Below are positions 26,913 to 40,440 of a stretch of 64,000 bases of DNA, piece after piece; within the stretch, counting starts at the first letter, position 1; every line of letters begins with the position of its first letter. Origin of the DNA: Camelus ferus (Eukaryota); contig NC_045696.1 in NCBI RefSeq assembly GCF_009834535.1, forward strand, positions 33,358,001-33,422,000. Direction: 5' to 3'. The notes below the pieces were generated by a model that was given only the letters and a program-made list of their open reading frames with translations, had not been told where the DNA came from and ran no database searches. Both the position numbers and the translations under genes were made by a program.

Positions 26913-27299
26913 TGTCTTAGCTCTGACTACTATAACAAAATGCCATAGATTAGGTAGATTAAACAACAGAAATTAATTTTCTTGCCATTCCAGAGGCTGA
27001 AAATTTGAGATCAGGGTACCAACATGGGTGGACTCCACTGGGTGCCCTTTTCTTGGCTTGCAGCAGAAGCTTCTTTCTGTATCCTCACAGTCCTGGCTGT
27101 GCCCTTACATGAGGGGAGGGGGATGTTCTAATGTCTCTTCTTCTTATAAGGTCACTAATTCCATCATGGGAGCTTCATCTTCATGACCTTATCTGAACCT
27201 GATTACCTCCCAGGGTCCCACTTCTCAATACAATCACACTGGGGATAAGATCTTCAACATGTACATTTTAGGTGGGGCACAGACATTCAGTCCTTAACA
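26913..27299 (-). mobile_element. MLT1A-like MaLR solo LTR, near full length
   Basis: tgtcttag...actataacaaaatgccataga...aaacaacagaaatt...cttcttataaggtcactaattcc...acattcagtccttaaca. Confidence 0.85.
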
Positions 27300-27344
27300 G
27301 GGGAGAACTATGCAGAAGGTAGATCAAGAATTGAGTTCGTACAT

Positions 27345-27540
27345 TTTGGTCTACTTTCACTCAGCATAATCATTTTGAGATTTGTCTATGTTGTATATAC
27401 CAATAGTAAATTCCTTTTTGTTGCTGAGCAACAAAACAGTAATTCATTGTATGGCTTAATCATTTATCCATTCACCTATTGATGAGTATGTTGGTTGGTT
27501 TCAGCTTTGGGTTATTACCTATAAAACTAGTTTGAACAAC
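27345..27540 (-). mobile_element. Old L1 3'UTR fragment
   Basis: ctttcactcagcataatcattttgaga...tttatccattcacctattgatg. Confidence 0.6.
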
Positions 27541-28814
27541 AACAAAAAAGAATTAAGTTAAAATAATCTTGAGCTTGAGAAGCCTATTATTAAAAAATCA
27601 AATGAATTTATCTTCTAAGGGCTGTGTTAACAGACCAATTATAAGAATCTTAAGATAGCGTAATGCATGTTAAGTTATTAATACATTCTGTGACTTAATG
27701 TGTTACCTTTCTTAAGTAATATATTTGCATTTTAATGAGTTTCAGTAAACACTTTGACCCAGATAAACTGCTTTAATACTCACCATACAGCCACGTGACA
27801 GGCTGAGAGTTGAATACTATAATAGGCAATCATCATGCTGAAATATATGGGCACTCCATGCAATATAGGTCTCATTGATATGTAGTGCAGGAGCTATCTC
27901 ATCTCCTTCCTCAAGATCACTGCCTACACATTCACAATTCCAGAAGGCAGCCTTGGGGAATAGAATTCCCCAAATATGCTCATTAAAAACATTTCTGATA
28001 CAATTTTTAAGATTTGTGAACTTATTCACTAGTTAATTTGGGGCCATCTAATTTCACTCAATGAATAAAGTTAACAGGCTTCTATCTAATAATTTAGGAG
28101 ACAACGTATTATTAGGATGTTCTAAAATATCAATGGATGAAATGTTGAGGATACATAACTAAGCTTTTTATGTTGATATTGTTATAAACAAAAGGAAACT
28201 TTTATTCTCCAAATAGTCTACTTGTTATATTTATAATGTCAGTCTAGTTTCTCAGGGTCAGAAAAAAATCAGTAAAATCATAATAAAGACCTGGCCCATG
28301 TTCATCTCCTAGACTGAAATCAGTAATTTGGGACTGAGAGCTTATTTGAGAGGCCCTGTTGACCTGGGAAGAGTGGGAATAGACACCAAGGAGACGGGAG
28401 GAAAGAGGACATGAAAGATAATGTCAGTGTTTTTCCCACCCTCACCTACCCAAAGTCCAGTTGACACTGGTCAGTAGATGGACAAATTCAAGGTTAAACC
28501 TTGTTTGACTTATTTCTGAATAGTGAAATGTTGCCTATACTTTATTACATTCCTCTTAAGGCAAACACTTGATTTTCACTTTTCCTATATTTGGGATTAT
28601 GTAGCTATTATAACTAAAAATGACTTTGTTACACAGCTCCAAATACATGCTCTCAACATCTAATACTAGGATATTTAAAATAGCTTATTTAAGGCTGGAT
28701 CTGAGAAGAGATTCTCAAAAATTTGTAGGATATCTTGTAACTGTATTGAATTAAAATTGGACGGGTAATTATGATAATTTAAAGAATTTAGAAACGTGCT
28801 TTATTTAATACAGC

Positions 28815-29040
28815 TGTCAGATAGCTACTGCTCTATAAAAACACACTTAAAACTTTAATAGCTTAAAACAAAACAAAAAATCCTTTATTATTTCTCATAA
28901 GTCTATTCTAAGTGGCCTGGGCAACTCTACTGATCAGGGAAATCCTCAACTGATTTAAGCTTGGCCTGCTCAGACCTCTTGGTCTGCTAGCTGGCAAGGT
29001 GGCTAGAGTCTGGCTACACAGAATAGTCAGCCTTGCCTAG
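28815..29040 (-). mobile_element. Old MLT1 LTR fragment
   Basis: tgtcagatagctactgct...atagcttaaaacaa...tttattatttctcataagtct. Confidence 0.45.
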
Positions 29041-32000
29041 GGGTTACATATAGTTTACAGGGATGAATCTGAAAATAGATTGCATTTGAATAAACTAAAT
29101 ATCCAGATCACCCTTTAACTGTTCGATAGAGTGGACAGAAGTATTTATTTAGTTGAATTAGAAAAAAAGAAATATTCAAAATTTTAATTGTTCTCTATGT
29201 TTTGTAGATGAGCCAACAGTTTTATAAAGTTGATATAGTCTAGCTAAGTTTCAATAAATTTCCTGAATATTAATTTATGAATTATGAGAAAGTATTTCCA
29301 AATGACTTAATTTGGTATAATCTGAACGGGCTTGCCAGAGGTAAGCAATATGTTTCTTAAAAAGTGTACGTAATTAGAGGAAGGATAAATTCACACAGTA
29401 TCTAAAGAAAATAATCAGTTAATGATATATCAACAAAGTTATAATATTAGTTAAAAAATCTTTTTTAATTAGGAAAGTAATATAGAAATTATAGAGATTA
29501 GAAAATATAGAAACATAAGGAATGTGAACATCATTCATAATTTTATTATGCAGAAATTAACCAAATTAACCATGGGTTAATTAACCATATCATATAATGG
29601 ATCTAGACATAAAGTAAAAGTTGCTTTTTATTTCATTACTATTACATAATAAACACAATTCCTAGAATATTAGGCACAGAAAAATGTGTTAAATGAAACC
29701 TTTCCCCAGGTATGCAAAATGATTTAAGTTTTTTTGACCTTCGTTCTTTCTAAACATTTATTTTGCTTTTAAAAGCAAAGCTGAGATGAAGGTAAATATC
29801 TGCATTTGTCACTCAATACTCTCTGATAAATTTCTAAAAGCCGACTAATGGTTCATGTCCTTACCCTGCATCTCTTCAACCCAGAGTGTTTCTCTATCCC
29901 TCTGTCTCTCTCTTCCATCCTCATTCTAACTATATTTGAATCTCCATTAATTTGAGAAGCCAAATAAGCCTTGAATTATTTTTCTTTGCATTTTATCGAT
30001 TACTAGGGAGATAATTTTTAAAACTTTTTTTGCCATTTCTTTTGTGGCAAATTATGTGTTTATGTATATTTTAGCATTTTTGTGTTGGATTTTCAAGCTT
30101 TGATTAGAAGAGAACTTTCTGTATTATAAAAAAATTAATATTTTATCTAAAATCAACTTCCCTTATCGTTCCATTTTTTTTCTTTTCAGAGTTGTTATGC
30201 TAAAAATACCCTCTTGCCCAGAGTGTAGAGAAGTCATAATATTTTTTCTGATTTTCTTAATGACAGAGATACTTTTTAAAATGTGATGTTGCATGAATTT
30301 TTATTAATATATGTAGTAATAACAAGGGCATGGCAGAAACCATAGAGTTGAAATATTAAATAAAAGATGAAATGATAATAAGAGAAGTTTCAAAATATGA
30401 AATATGATGCTAGTGGGTCACTGCACATAAGAATTCAGCCTGATGGGAACTGCATACCCTGGCGCCTTTATTCTTGTGGCTGATTAACTGTCACGTGTGG
30501 CAACTTGGTAGACAGCACATTATCATAAAGCTTTCAGTATCACACTCAAGGCCAAAGTATATCATAGCTATTTCTTCTCCTTGAAGACCATTTGAAACCA
30601 ATAGCTTCTCTTTAACTCTCTACATCTCTCTAAATACTGCACACATTGCACAAGTCAGAGAGTACCTTAAGTTGGTAAACCATTTCATTTTACTTTATAT
30701 TTCCAGAGAAATGACCCAAGCACAGAGTTTCTTTATGAAGACTTATGCTTTAATAAGTTCTGCCAGAATGCAGAATCAGAAAGGAAGTAGATTTGGGGGG
30801 GTTCACATTTACGTCAAGGTCAAACAAATTAGAAACTAAAAAATAAATTGCTATTTATATAGTAAAAAGAGTCTCTTTAATAAAGTTTTCTAAGTAGCAG
30901 AATCTTTTGTGACACAGGTTAGTGTATTTATGTTTCACATCCTTTGTAAGAATTTAAAGAAAGAAAATATTCATCTGCAGAAATTTTTGTTTCCTCAGAG
31001 AATAATGAAGCAAATTTTCACTTCCGTAATTGATAAGCGAACAATGGTGTGCTCCTGTTTTATCATATACTGAAGAACAAACTAAAAGGGAAAATATGTG
31101 GAAGACAGTTTAAGCTTAAATTTTTTTCCATATATTAGAAAAAAATGTATTATTTAACTAACTAGGAGAGAGGGATTAAAATTACTTGAGAAATAAGATA
31201 AACACTGACCTTAAAGTCAAATAATAAATGGCTTTTGAAGTCTCTTTATTTTCTTCTATAACACTATTGAGGAAATGCAGACTCTGTTTATATAAAAATC
31301 CTTCATTTTATTATGTTCACGTTTCTAAAAAATTGACATTGATGCATTTTATTCAAAGCAGAATGGATTAGGAATTGCTGCATTTATTTACATTTTCACA
31401 GTCAAACTTGCACACGAAAATACTGAATACATAGGACTTTTTGATAAATAATGACTATTCATTCATAAATAATAATTTTAATTGTTATTTTTGGAAGATT
31501 ACGAGAGAATCAGGAAGATCTAAAGTCATTTTAGGCAAGAATGAATAGAATAAAATTTAAATAAGAGGCTGAATAATGATAAAAGAACAATTCTCACTGA
31601 GTTTATTTAGTTTGGAAGTCAGTCACACAGACATAGTGACAATTTATAGTCTAAGGTTGGGCACACACCTATCATCCAAAACAAGATACTATTTTTCAAT
31701 TCATTATGAAATTTTAGGTTAAAAAAGTATTATTTTTTAATGAGGGACAAATATGATATGGAAAGAGGAAATATAATTCAAAGCTAAAAATTTCACAAAG
31801 CAAAGACCTGAAAAAAAAAAAAAAAAAAAAGCCTTGGAGTTCTCCAGCTTGAAAAGAGGCTGACAAAAAAGAAAAATAAAATAAATATAAAGACAACCAA
31901 ACCTTAGCTCTTAAGGATACTTGGGGCAGGTGACAGAATTTCCTTGTGACACCACAAGGGGACAGAGCAACAGGACAGAAAAGTAGGACAAGATCTGGAA

Positions 32001-32461
32001 ATTAGACAAGGTCATTGTCATTGTTATGAAAAAGTTCTCAAAAGTGTGATCTTGTTCCTGAAAGTAATTCATATTTATATTTTATTAATATCAATATAGA
32101 ATCAAGGATAACAGACAAAAATTTCCTAAAGTTCTTTGAATGAGGCAGCAGAGAGCATCGGTGTTCACCATTTGAGATTTTGAAGTCTGAGTATCAGTTT
32201 TACTATTATAAATTTTTCACTGACATTTTTAATATTGTTTGGAAATATGCATATCTGAAAAAAATTTTAAAGTAGTGATATGTTATAATAACAACTAATA
32301 TATTAAGTTCCACATTTAGAGAGGGTAAACTGTGAAAGAGAGGGCTATTTGCAAGAGACTAATTTTTATTTAAAGCCATGGAAGCAATAATCTATGATTA
32401 GAATGACCATGTAATTTATCATTTAAGCCAAGATATTTTTAGGAATAAAAAATGTACTAAA

Positions 32462-35228
32462 GTTCACTGAAGAAATAAAAGAGGAAAATAAAAAATACCT
32501 GAAGACAAATAAATACAAAGACATAATAATCCAAAATTCATGGGACTCAGAGAAAGCAATTCTAAAAGGGAAGTTTATAGTAATACAAGCCTACCTTATG
32601 AAACAAGAAAAATCTCAAACAACCTATCCTTACACAAAAGGAACCAGGAAAAGAAGAAAAAATAAACCTCAAAGTTAGTAGAAAGGAAGAAATAATAAAG
32701 ATCAGAGCAGAAATAAATGATATAGAGACTAGAAAAACAATAGACAAGATCACTGAAACTAAGAGCTGGTTTTTTGAAAAGATAAACAAAATTGATAAAT
32801 CTATAGCCAGACTCATCAAGAAAAAAAGAGAAAGAGCTCAAATAAAATTGTAAATGAAAAAGGAGAAGTTAAAACTAACACTACATAAATACAAAGGATC
32901 ATGAGTTACTACAATTGCATGCTAATATGATGGGTAACATAGAAGAAATTAACAAACTCCTAGAAATAATATTTTATCTCTCAAGACTGAATCTGTAAGA
33001 AAGATAAAATATGAACAGACTAATTACCAGAGATGAAACTGAATCAGTTAAAAAACAACAGCAACAACAACAAACTCCCAAAAACGTCCAGGACTAGATG
33101 GCTGCACATTTCACAGGTGAATTCTAACAAACGTCTTTCACAAACTATTCTAAAATATTATAGAGAAAGGGATGCTTCCAAACTCGTTCTGTGAGGCCAG
33201 CACAACCCTGAATAACAAAACTAGACAAAGATACCACAAAAAAAGAAAATTATAGACCAATACCACTCATGAACAGAGATGCAAAAATCTTCAACAAAAT
33301 ATCATCAAATCAAATTCAATAATACATTAAAAAGATCATACATCATAATCAAGTGGGGGTTATCCAAGGGATGCAGGGATGGTTCAACATTCCCAAATCA
33401 ATCAGTGTGATATATATACCACATTAAGAAACTGAAGAATAAAATCATATAAACATTTATGATAAAAGCTCTCAATGAAGTGGGCATAGAGGGAACATAT
33501 CTCAACATAATAAAGGCCATATATGATAAGCCCACAGCTAATATCATACTCAATGGTGAAAAGTTGAAAGCATTTACTTTAAGCTCAAGAACAAGACAAG
33601 GATGTTCACTCTCAACACTTTTATGCAACATAGTGTTGAAAGTACTAGCCATAGAAATCAGAAAAAGAAATAATGAGAATCCAAATTGGAAAGGAAGAAG
33701 TAAAACTGTCACTGTTTGCAGATGACACTATACTATACACAGAAATCTTAAAGATACCACCAAAAATCTACTTTTGATAAGTGAAATCATCAATGAATTC
33801 AGAAAATTTTCTGGATATAAAATTAATATACAGAAATCGGTTGTGTTTCTATACACTAACAACAAACTATCAATGCTATCAGTGAACTATCAGAAACAGA
33901 TATTAAGAAAACAATCCCACTTACCATCACACCAAAAAAAAAAAAAAAACCTAGGAATAAATCTAATTAAGGAGTATAAGACTTGCACTCAGAAAACTAT
34001 AAGAACTGATGAAATAAATTAAAGACAAGAGTAGCAAATGGAAAGATGTATCATGTTCATGTATTACAAGAATTAGTAATGTTAAAATGACCATACTACC
34101 CAAGGCAATAAATAGATGCAATGTAGTCCTTAATAAAATACCAATGGCATCATTAATAGAACTAGAACTCATAATTTTAAAATATCTATGGAAACACAGA
34201 AGACCCTGATTGGCCAAAGCAATCCTAAGAAAGAAGAACTAAAATGGAAGAATCACAATTCTTGATTTCAAAGTAAATTACAAAGCTACAGTAATGAAAA
34301 CAGTATGATACTAACACAAAAGCAAATATATATCTATAGAACAGAACAGAGACTCCAGAAATGAACACATAGAAATGTACACAGCTCACAAATTAACTCA
34401 CCACACATAGATGGTGGGTTAATCCATGACAAAGGAGGCAAGAATATGCAATGAGGAAAAGATAGCCTCTTCAATAAATGGTGATGGGAAAAGTGAACAG
34501 CTACATGCAGAAGAATCAAATTGGGTGACTATGTCACACTATATACAAAAATAAACTCAAAATGGATTAGAGACTTAAATATAAGACCTGAAACCATAAA
34601 TCACATAGAAGAAAACATAGGCAGTACACTCTTTGACATCAATCTTAGCAATTTTTTTTTTCTTGGATATGTCTCCTCAGTCAAGGGAGACAAAAGCAAA
34701 AATAAGCAAATGGGATTACATCAAACTAAAAAGATTTGCACAGCAAAGGAAACTATCAACAGAATAAGAAGGCTGCCTATTTAATGGGAGAAGATATTTA
34801 CAAGTGATATATCTGATTAGGCGTTAACATCCAAAATACACAAAGAAGTCATACAACTCAACATTAAAAAACCAAACAACCCAATTAAAGAAATGGGCAG
34901 AGGCATTTGCAGCAACATGGATGGAACTGGAGACTGTCATTCTAAGTGAAATAAGACAGAAAGAGAAAGAAAAATATCATATGATATTGCTTATATGTGG
35001 AATCTTAAGGATACAAATGAACTTATTTACAGACTTACATAGAGAACAAACTTATAGTTACCAAGGGGTTAAGGGGGTGGGAAGGGATAAATTAGGAGTT
35101 TGAGATTTGTAGATATTAACTAGTATATATAAAATAGATAAACAACAAGTTTCTTCTGTATAGCGCATGGAACTATATTCAATATGTTGTAGTAACCTAT
35201 AATAAAAAAGAATATGAAAATGAAAAAA
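32462..35228 (+). mobile_element. 5'-truncated L1 with degenerate ORF2 (RT domain), internal deletion and shortened 3'UTR
   Basis: ORF track peptides [56 protein letters not shown] and YTKINSKWIRDLNIRPETI; FADD codons at 33715-33726; multiple frameshifts and stops. Confidence 0.95.
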
Positions 35229-35959
35229 TGTGCAGAGGACCTGGATTTTTACATGGAGTTGTCTGTGGATCATAAATTATAATTCTTTTTTCAATCTTGT
35301 GAAATTCTACTTCTTTTTCTTGACATTTTACCATCAAGATCTGCCTTTGCAGTGCTGAACAGAAGTTGTAGTTTCTAAGTATTTATTTTGTTAGATCACA
35401 GAGAAAAGTTTTTCAAAATTTCTTCCTCAAATTTGATGTTTATCATTGTTGCTTGGTAGATTCCCTTTAAATGGTTAAGAAAATCTCCTAGTTATAGTGT
35501 GCTAGGAGTTCTGATAATACATTGATGTTGAATTGCTTAAAAAATAATTTTACATACGTGGAGCTACTCACAATTTTAAACATTAAAAAACAACGTTACA
35601 TTTCTGGCTAAATTAACTTTCAATGTACTTTTAATTCATTTGCTAATCTGTATTTTTGCATTTATGCTCATGAGTGAGATTGGCCTGATATTTTTCCTCT
35701 CTTGTAATATTCTCATGGTTTAGGATCATGCAAATCCTAGCTTAGTAAAATGAGCTAGGGGCTGGATTTAAAGAAAATTTGTTGTGTATTTGATGTTATT
35801 TCATTTAAAATGTATAAAATACACTATGTTGTTAACTCTCCAGTGATGTAAAAGGGAAGGCCCTTTGTTCAGGTTTTCTGTTTGGTCATAGTGAGTAGTT
35901 GGTTCCAAATACCCATTCTTCTATTCTCAAGAGCTCAACACTACATAGAAGAGCAATAC

Positions 35960-36470
35960 GTACCAAAATTCTTAAAAATATGGGAAGTAACTTTGACCCA
36001 GCAAATTCATTTATGGAAATTAATTTTAAGAAAAGACTATAAAGATCTTAGATATTGTAAACAGAATGATGTCTACAAAGACAAAATTTGTACACAGAGT
36101 GACTTTCATTTCAACATTACTTAAAGAATAAAATACAACAACATGATGTGTATGACCATGAATAAAAACTGATCCAGTAATTGCATCTTCCAATAATGGA
36201 AGATTATGTATTTAATTAATCTTCGATTCTATATAGATGTATATACATATATATGTGTGTATCTGTTTGTAATGGTAAGATAACATTGCATAACTGGACA
36301 AAGTAGGTATAAAATGATATGTAGATTAAAAACAACTTTATTTCTAAGAAGTGGCCATATATATGCATTAAAATGCCAACATATTAGACAAAAATATTAA
36401 TAGTTTTTTCTCTGGATTGTGAGATTATGAGTGATTGCCACTTTTTACTTTATTACAGATACTTTATACT
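35960..36470 (+). mobile_element. Ancient L1 (L1ME-like) 3' fragment
   Basis: ctttgacccagcaaattcatttatggaaattaatt and aatattaatagttttttctctggattgtgagattatgagtgatt. Confidence 0.45.
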
Positions 36471-36818
36471 GTGGTTTATGTCATTTGTAAAATATATTAT
36501 GATCTTATCAGAAAAATCAATAAAGCTCTTTTAATGTTTGAAATCTACAGTAAAAAATGTATCTTTTTGAAGACCAGTTTTTTTTTTTCACCACAGTATT
36601 GAAAGTATAATTAGTATTAACTTGTGGAAGTTATTGGAGAAGAAAGTTTGGCTCAATATAAGAAATTACTTTTTAATAATTATAACCTAACAAAAATGAA
36701 ATGACCTGCCTTATTAGTCTTTGGGAATTTTAGTCAGGGTTTCTACAGAATACAGAAATAATCACATATTTATTTGCTGGAAAGATTAAATTCTTAAGTT
36801 TCCTATTTTAACACTGAG

Positions 36819-36900
36819 GATATATATGTATACACACACACACACGTGTATACATATATATAGATATACACATATATATATATACACATACATATATATT
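36819..36900. repeat. Mixed (TA)n/(CA)n alternating purine-pyrimidine microsatellite
   Basis: Seen directly. Confidence 0.9.
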
Positions 36901-37174
36901 CTATATCACTTGAGTACATTTTCATGAAATGTGTACAATAAGTGAAATCAAAATATATTTTGTAAGAGATAGCAGAATATGCAACCAAATATCATTATTC
37001 CTATACTTCTCCCCTTGGAAGAAAACCATTCTAGGAAACCATCAAAATCAGTGAATAAATAGAACATAACCTTGGATGTATTTGTTACAAACACATGACA
37101 CCACAGAAAATGAACATTAAAGGTACTTTGGCTTTGAAAGTGTGAAGATTATAAACTTTATACATCATTACGTG

Positions 37175-37228
37175 ATGCTCACTTCGCAGCATATATATTA
37201 AAATTGGAAACAGAGAGAAAATGTATGG
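37175..37228 (+). pseudogene. RNU6: U6 snRNA 5' fragment (3'-truncated pseudogene)
   Basis: atgctcacttcgcagcatatatattaaaattggaa matches the U6 5' end GTGCTCGCTTCGGCAGCACATATACTAAAATTGGAA with 4 transitions and a 1-nt gap; weaker match continues ~20 nt; 3' half absent. Confidence 0.8.
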
Positions 37229-37924
37229 GGTAAGACCCAGATTAATTTGTGTCCTCTTTTTCTTCTGTATTCTCTCTGCTTTGTTTTACTTAAACTAGTG
37301 ATAAGCTTTAATCCGGGAAAGTCCCAAATATTTTTAAAACTATAATATATTCATGAAAAAATGTGAACGAAGGTTAATGGAAGTAGAGACAAATCATTTT
37401 CATCTGTATTTGTCTGGTGTAAACATCCACCCACTCAACATAAATTTGCTAATCTTCTCTAATATTGAATATACTAAAATACATTTACAAAAACTTCCCA
37501 CAAACTGCATAGAAATTGGGATGCAGGGTTAGGCAATGCATTTAGAGCACAATTCAAGATAAGCCTTTAGAAAAACAGATAACTTTTCAGTTGAGTTGAG
37601 AAGATAAACAAACAAGAGATAATGTTTTGATAACCTAAAAAGCAGTTCAGAAAGGAAAAAGAGAAAAGCACTAACACTGATTTTGAAAAATATTGGAAAG
37701 TTGGTTTGACTTGCAGTTCTCTAACTTTCAATTACACTGATAAGACTTCAGACACATATAATAGCAATCCTAATTTTAGTACATTCACAGGAAAAATAAA
37801 AATTCAACTACCTTGCTACAAAGATAAAATTAGGCAATTGTTTCAATAATATACTGCATATATTTTTATTTGCATCTCAAGTAAGTGAAATTATTGTAAT
37901 ATATCAGTACTATTAAAAAGCCTA

Positions 37925-38153
37925 AATTGGGAGTTTGGGGATTATCCATATTATATATAAAATGGACAAACAAGGTCTTACTGTATAGCACTATACTCAA
38001 TATCCTGTAATAAACCATAAAGGAAAAGAATATGAAAGATAATATATGTATATTTATAACTGAATCACTATGCTGTACATCAGAAACTTACCCAATATTG
38101 TAAATCAACTATACTTCAACAACAAAAATATTTTTTTAAATTAAAAAAAAAAA
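37925..38153 (+). mobile_element. Short L1 3'UTR insertion with clear TSD
   Basis: aacaaggtcttactgtatagca...taactgaatcactatgctgtacatcagaaact...tgtaaatcaactatacttcaa; TSD aaaaagccta at 37915-37924 and 38149-38158; TT/AAAAA endonuclease site. Confidence 0.9.
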
Positions 38154-39143
38154 GCCTAGACCAAGTTCATAGATTGAAAGAGCAACCACTTTGTCCAGAT
38201 ACAAGAGGCTGCACAAGACAGCGTGACACGTTCCACCTGCCCGTACTTTCATATACTGTTTTAGGAAGAGCTTGCATTAGCAGACATCATTGATAAACAT
38301 TAGATTTGCCAAATGCTAACAGTGACTGAGAGTTTTAATATGTCTCTTTGTTATTTTGAGTATGAGGTTATTCAGTCACTAACGAGGGTGTGTGTGTGTG
38401 TGTAAGTCGATTTTCAGACATGCAGCAGGCTCCAGTACTCAGGATAGGGAAGACTTTTGACATTGTTCCTTGCCTCCGTCTCCTTTCCTAGATTCCCTTC
38501 TCGCTTTGATCATTTCCTCTGCCTTCCTCCTGAGATCCACTGCGGTGCTTCGCAGATGCAAGTAACTCTGAGCACAGTTCTTACACTTCTGACCTGAAAG
38601 GAGAAGTTTTTATCTACCCTTCCTCATCCTCCTGAATCTTCACACATTCCTGAACACCCTCTGTGACCACCAACATCAGCTCTCCCTGAAAACAGAAAAT
38701 AAGTCTACCACCGAGATTCTCTCTCTTTTCAAGACTCAAGGTCCTCTGATTTTCTTTTAGCCCCAGTAAAGAAAGCACAGGAGTAAAATGTTCAGTGCCA
38801 TTTGTGTCGGTGCTTGGAAATGGCTTTCAGTTCTCTTTAGAAAAGGAGAGCGAAAACGACACTTTAATACGTGCACATCCATGGCTGAAGAGTCGTGAAA
38901 CGTATCTCAACTGTTAATATACCATAGAATCAATTTTGTGAGGCAATATTTTTACCAAACAATAGAAATGAAAAGCTAATATCAGAGTGAATGTTGGTTA
39001 GTATTATTTTGTAAAAATTTCATTTTGGTTACACGTGCACAAGCAACAATCACACAGTTACGGTATACGGCTTTGTGATGTAAAATACATTTCTTACTCT
39101 ACTCAGTCATAAAGGGCTGAAAGCCATTACTTTAGGGCATTCC

Positions 39144-39360
39144 TAGTGTTGAGCTATTCAGTGTGGTGGCTACCAGCCACACAAGGCTATTTTATTTAAA
39201 TTTACATTTACTAAAGTTACATAAAATTAAAGAGTCAGTTTCTCAGTCATACTAGCCACATTTCAAGTGTTTAGTAGTCACGTGGCTCCCGTATTGGGCA
39301 ACTCAGATACTGAAATTTTTCATCTATTGGAGTTCAGTTCTATTGGACTGTGTTGCTCTA
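39144..39360. mobile_element. MER3-like hAT-Charlie non-autonomous DNA transposon
   Basis: cagtttctcagtcatactagccacatttcaagtgtttagtagtcacgtggct...gttctattggactgtgttg, followed by ctctaga. Confidence 0.8.
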
Positions 39361-39569
39361 GAAAGAATCTAATGCTATATTGATAGTATTTTCTATATCT
39401 GTGACCTATACATAATAAATAATGTCTAACAGCTAATGAAGTCTGCATTGGATTTGTCTTTTGCTACTGTAAGTTTTAAGCAATAGTACTTAATTGGTTG
39501 AATTGGGTAGTATTAACCTATCCAAAAAATCCCAATGTTTTTATTATAGTAAGACCCAAAACTATTACT

Positions 39570-39810
39570 GTGACAGTAACAAATAATGGTTAAAAGCATA
39601 GACTCTGCCTGGGCTGCTCAGATTTAAATTAACTTTATACCTGGGTAGTCTTGGATAACTTAACATTTAATTACTCCCCAACTTTCTTACCTATAAAATG
39701 GGTACTATGTGAATAAACAGTATTATCTATTTTTTAGTACTGAAATGTGTAGAATGAACTTTATATTACAAGCTTACATTTATAAAATGCCTAGGCGATA
39801 AAAAGTACAT
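39570..39810 (+). mobile_element. MIR
   Basis: aatggttaaaagcatagactctg...tttcttacctataaaatggg...tataaaatgcctagg. Confidence 0.55.
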
Positions 39811-40189
39811 TAAGGGGTCATTATTTTTAAGTCTTTTTGTGTGTACTTTGTATCATATATAAATGTGTTTACCTGAATTCACGGATCTCCAAAATATGTC
39901 AAGTAGTTTGTGAAAATGCACAGGTGTGATTCAAAGCTATTTTAATTTGATATTGACTTTAAGTTCTCCTTCCTATGTGTGAGTTCTGGGCACATATTTA
40001 TATGTTACAAGTAAAAGAAAACTGCTGGGAGTTTCTGTGTTTGAACATTATTTACTTTTAGTATTTTTTTTTTGTAATGTAATTTAAATTATTGCTTACC
40101 CATAATGATAAGATGGAGCGGAGAAGTTGGAAATTAAAAAAAAAATGTAGAGCTAAATTGAAAATTGGTAATCATTTCCACTTTAAGAG

Positions 40190-40440
40190 ACAGATTAGAT
40201 TCAGAGTATATTAAACTATAAGCTTCATATTTGGCAGGGCTGATTTCAAATCCCAGCTGCCTCATTTACCACATAAGGAAGGGGCAAGTTATTTGCACTA
40301 AGCCTCACTTTCATCATCTAGAACATGAATCTAACAATACGTACATCCTGCAGAATTGTGATATGAAGTGAGACAATGCATGTAAAATGCTAAGAGCAGT
40401 TTTCACCATGAATTAAATGTTCAACAAATGTAAACCATTA
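40190..40440 (+). mobile_element. MIR
   Basis: tttcaaatcccagctgcctcatttac...ggcaagttatttgcactaagcctcactttcatcatctagaa...gtgagacaatgcatgtaaaatgcta. Confidence 0.7.

Noticed and set aside
32562..35273. Cluster of ORFs on both strands, some RT-like
   Set aside because: Frameshifted L1 ORF2 remnants and their antisense shadows; no intact ORF2 or ORF1, so not an active element.
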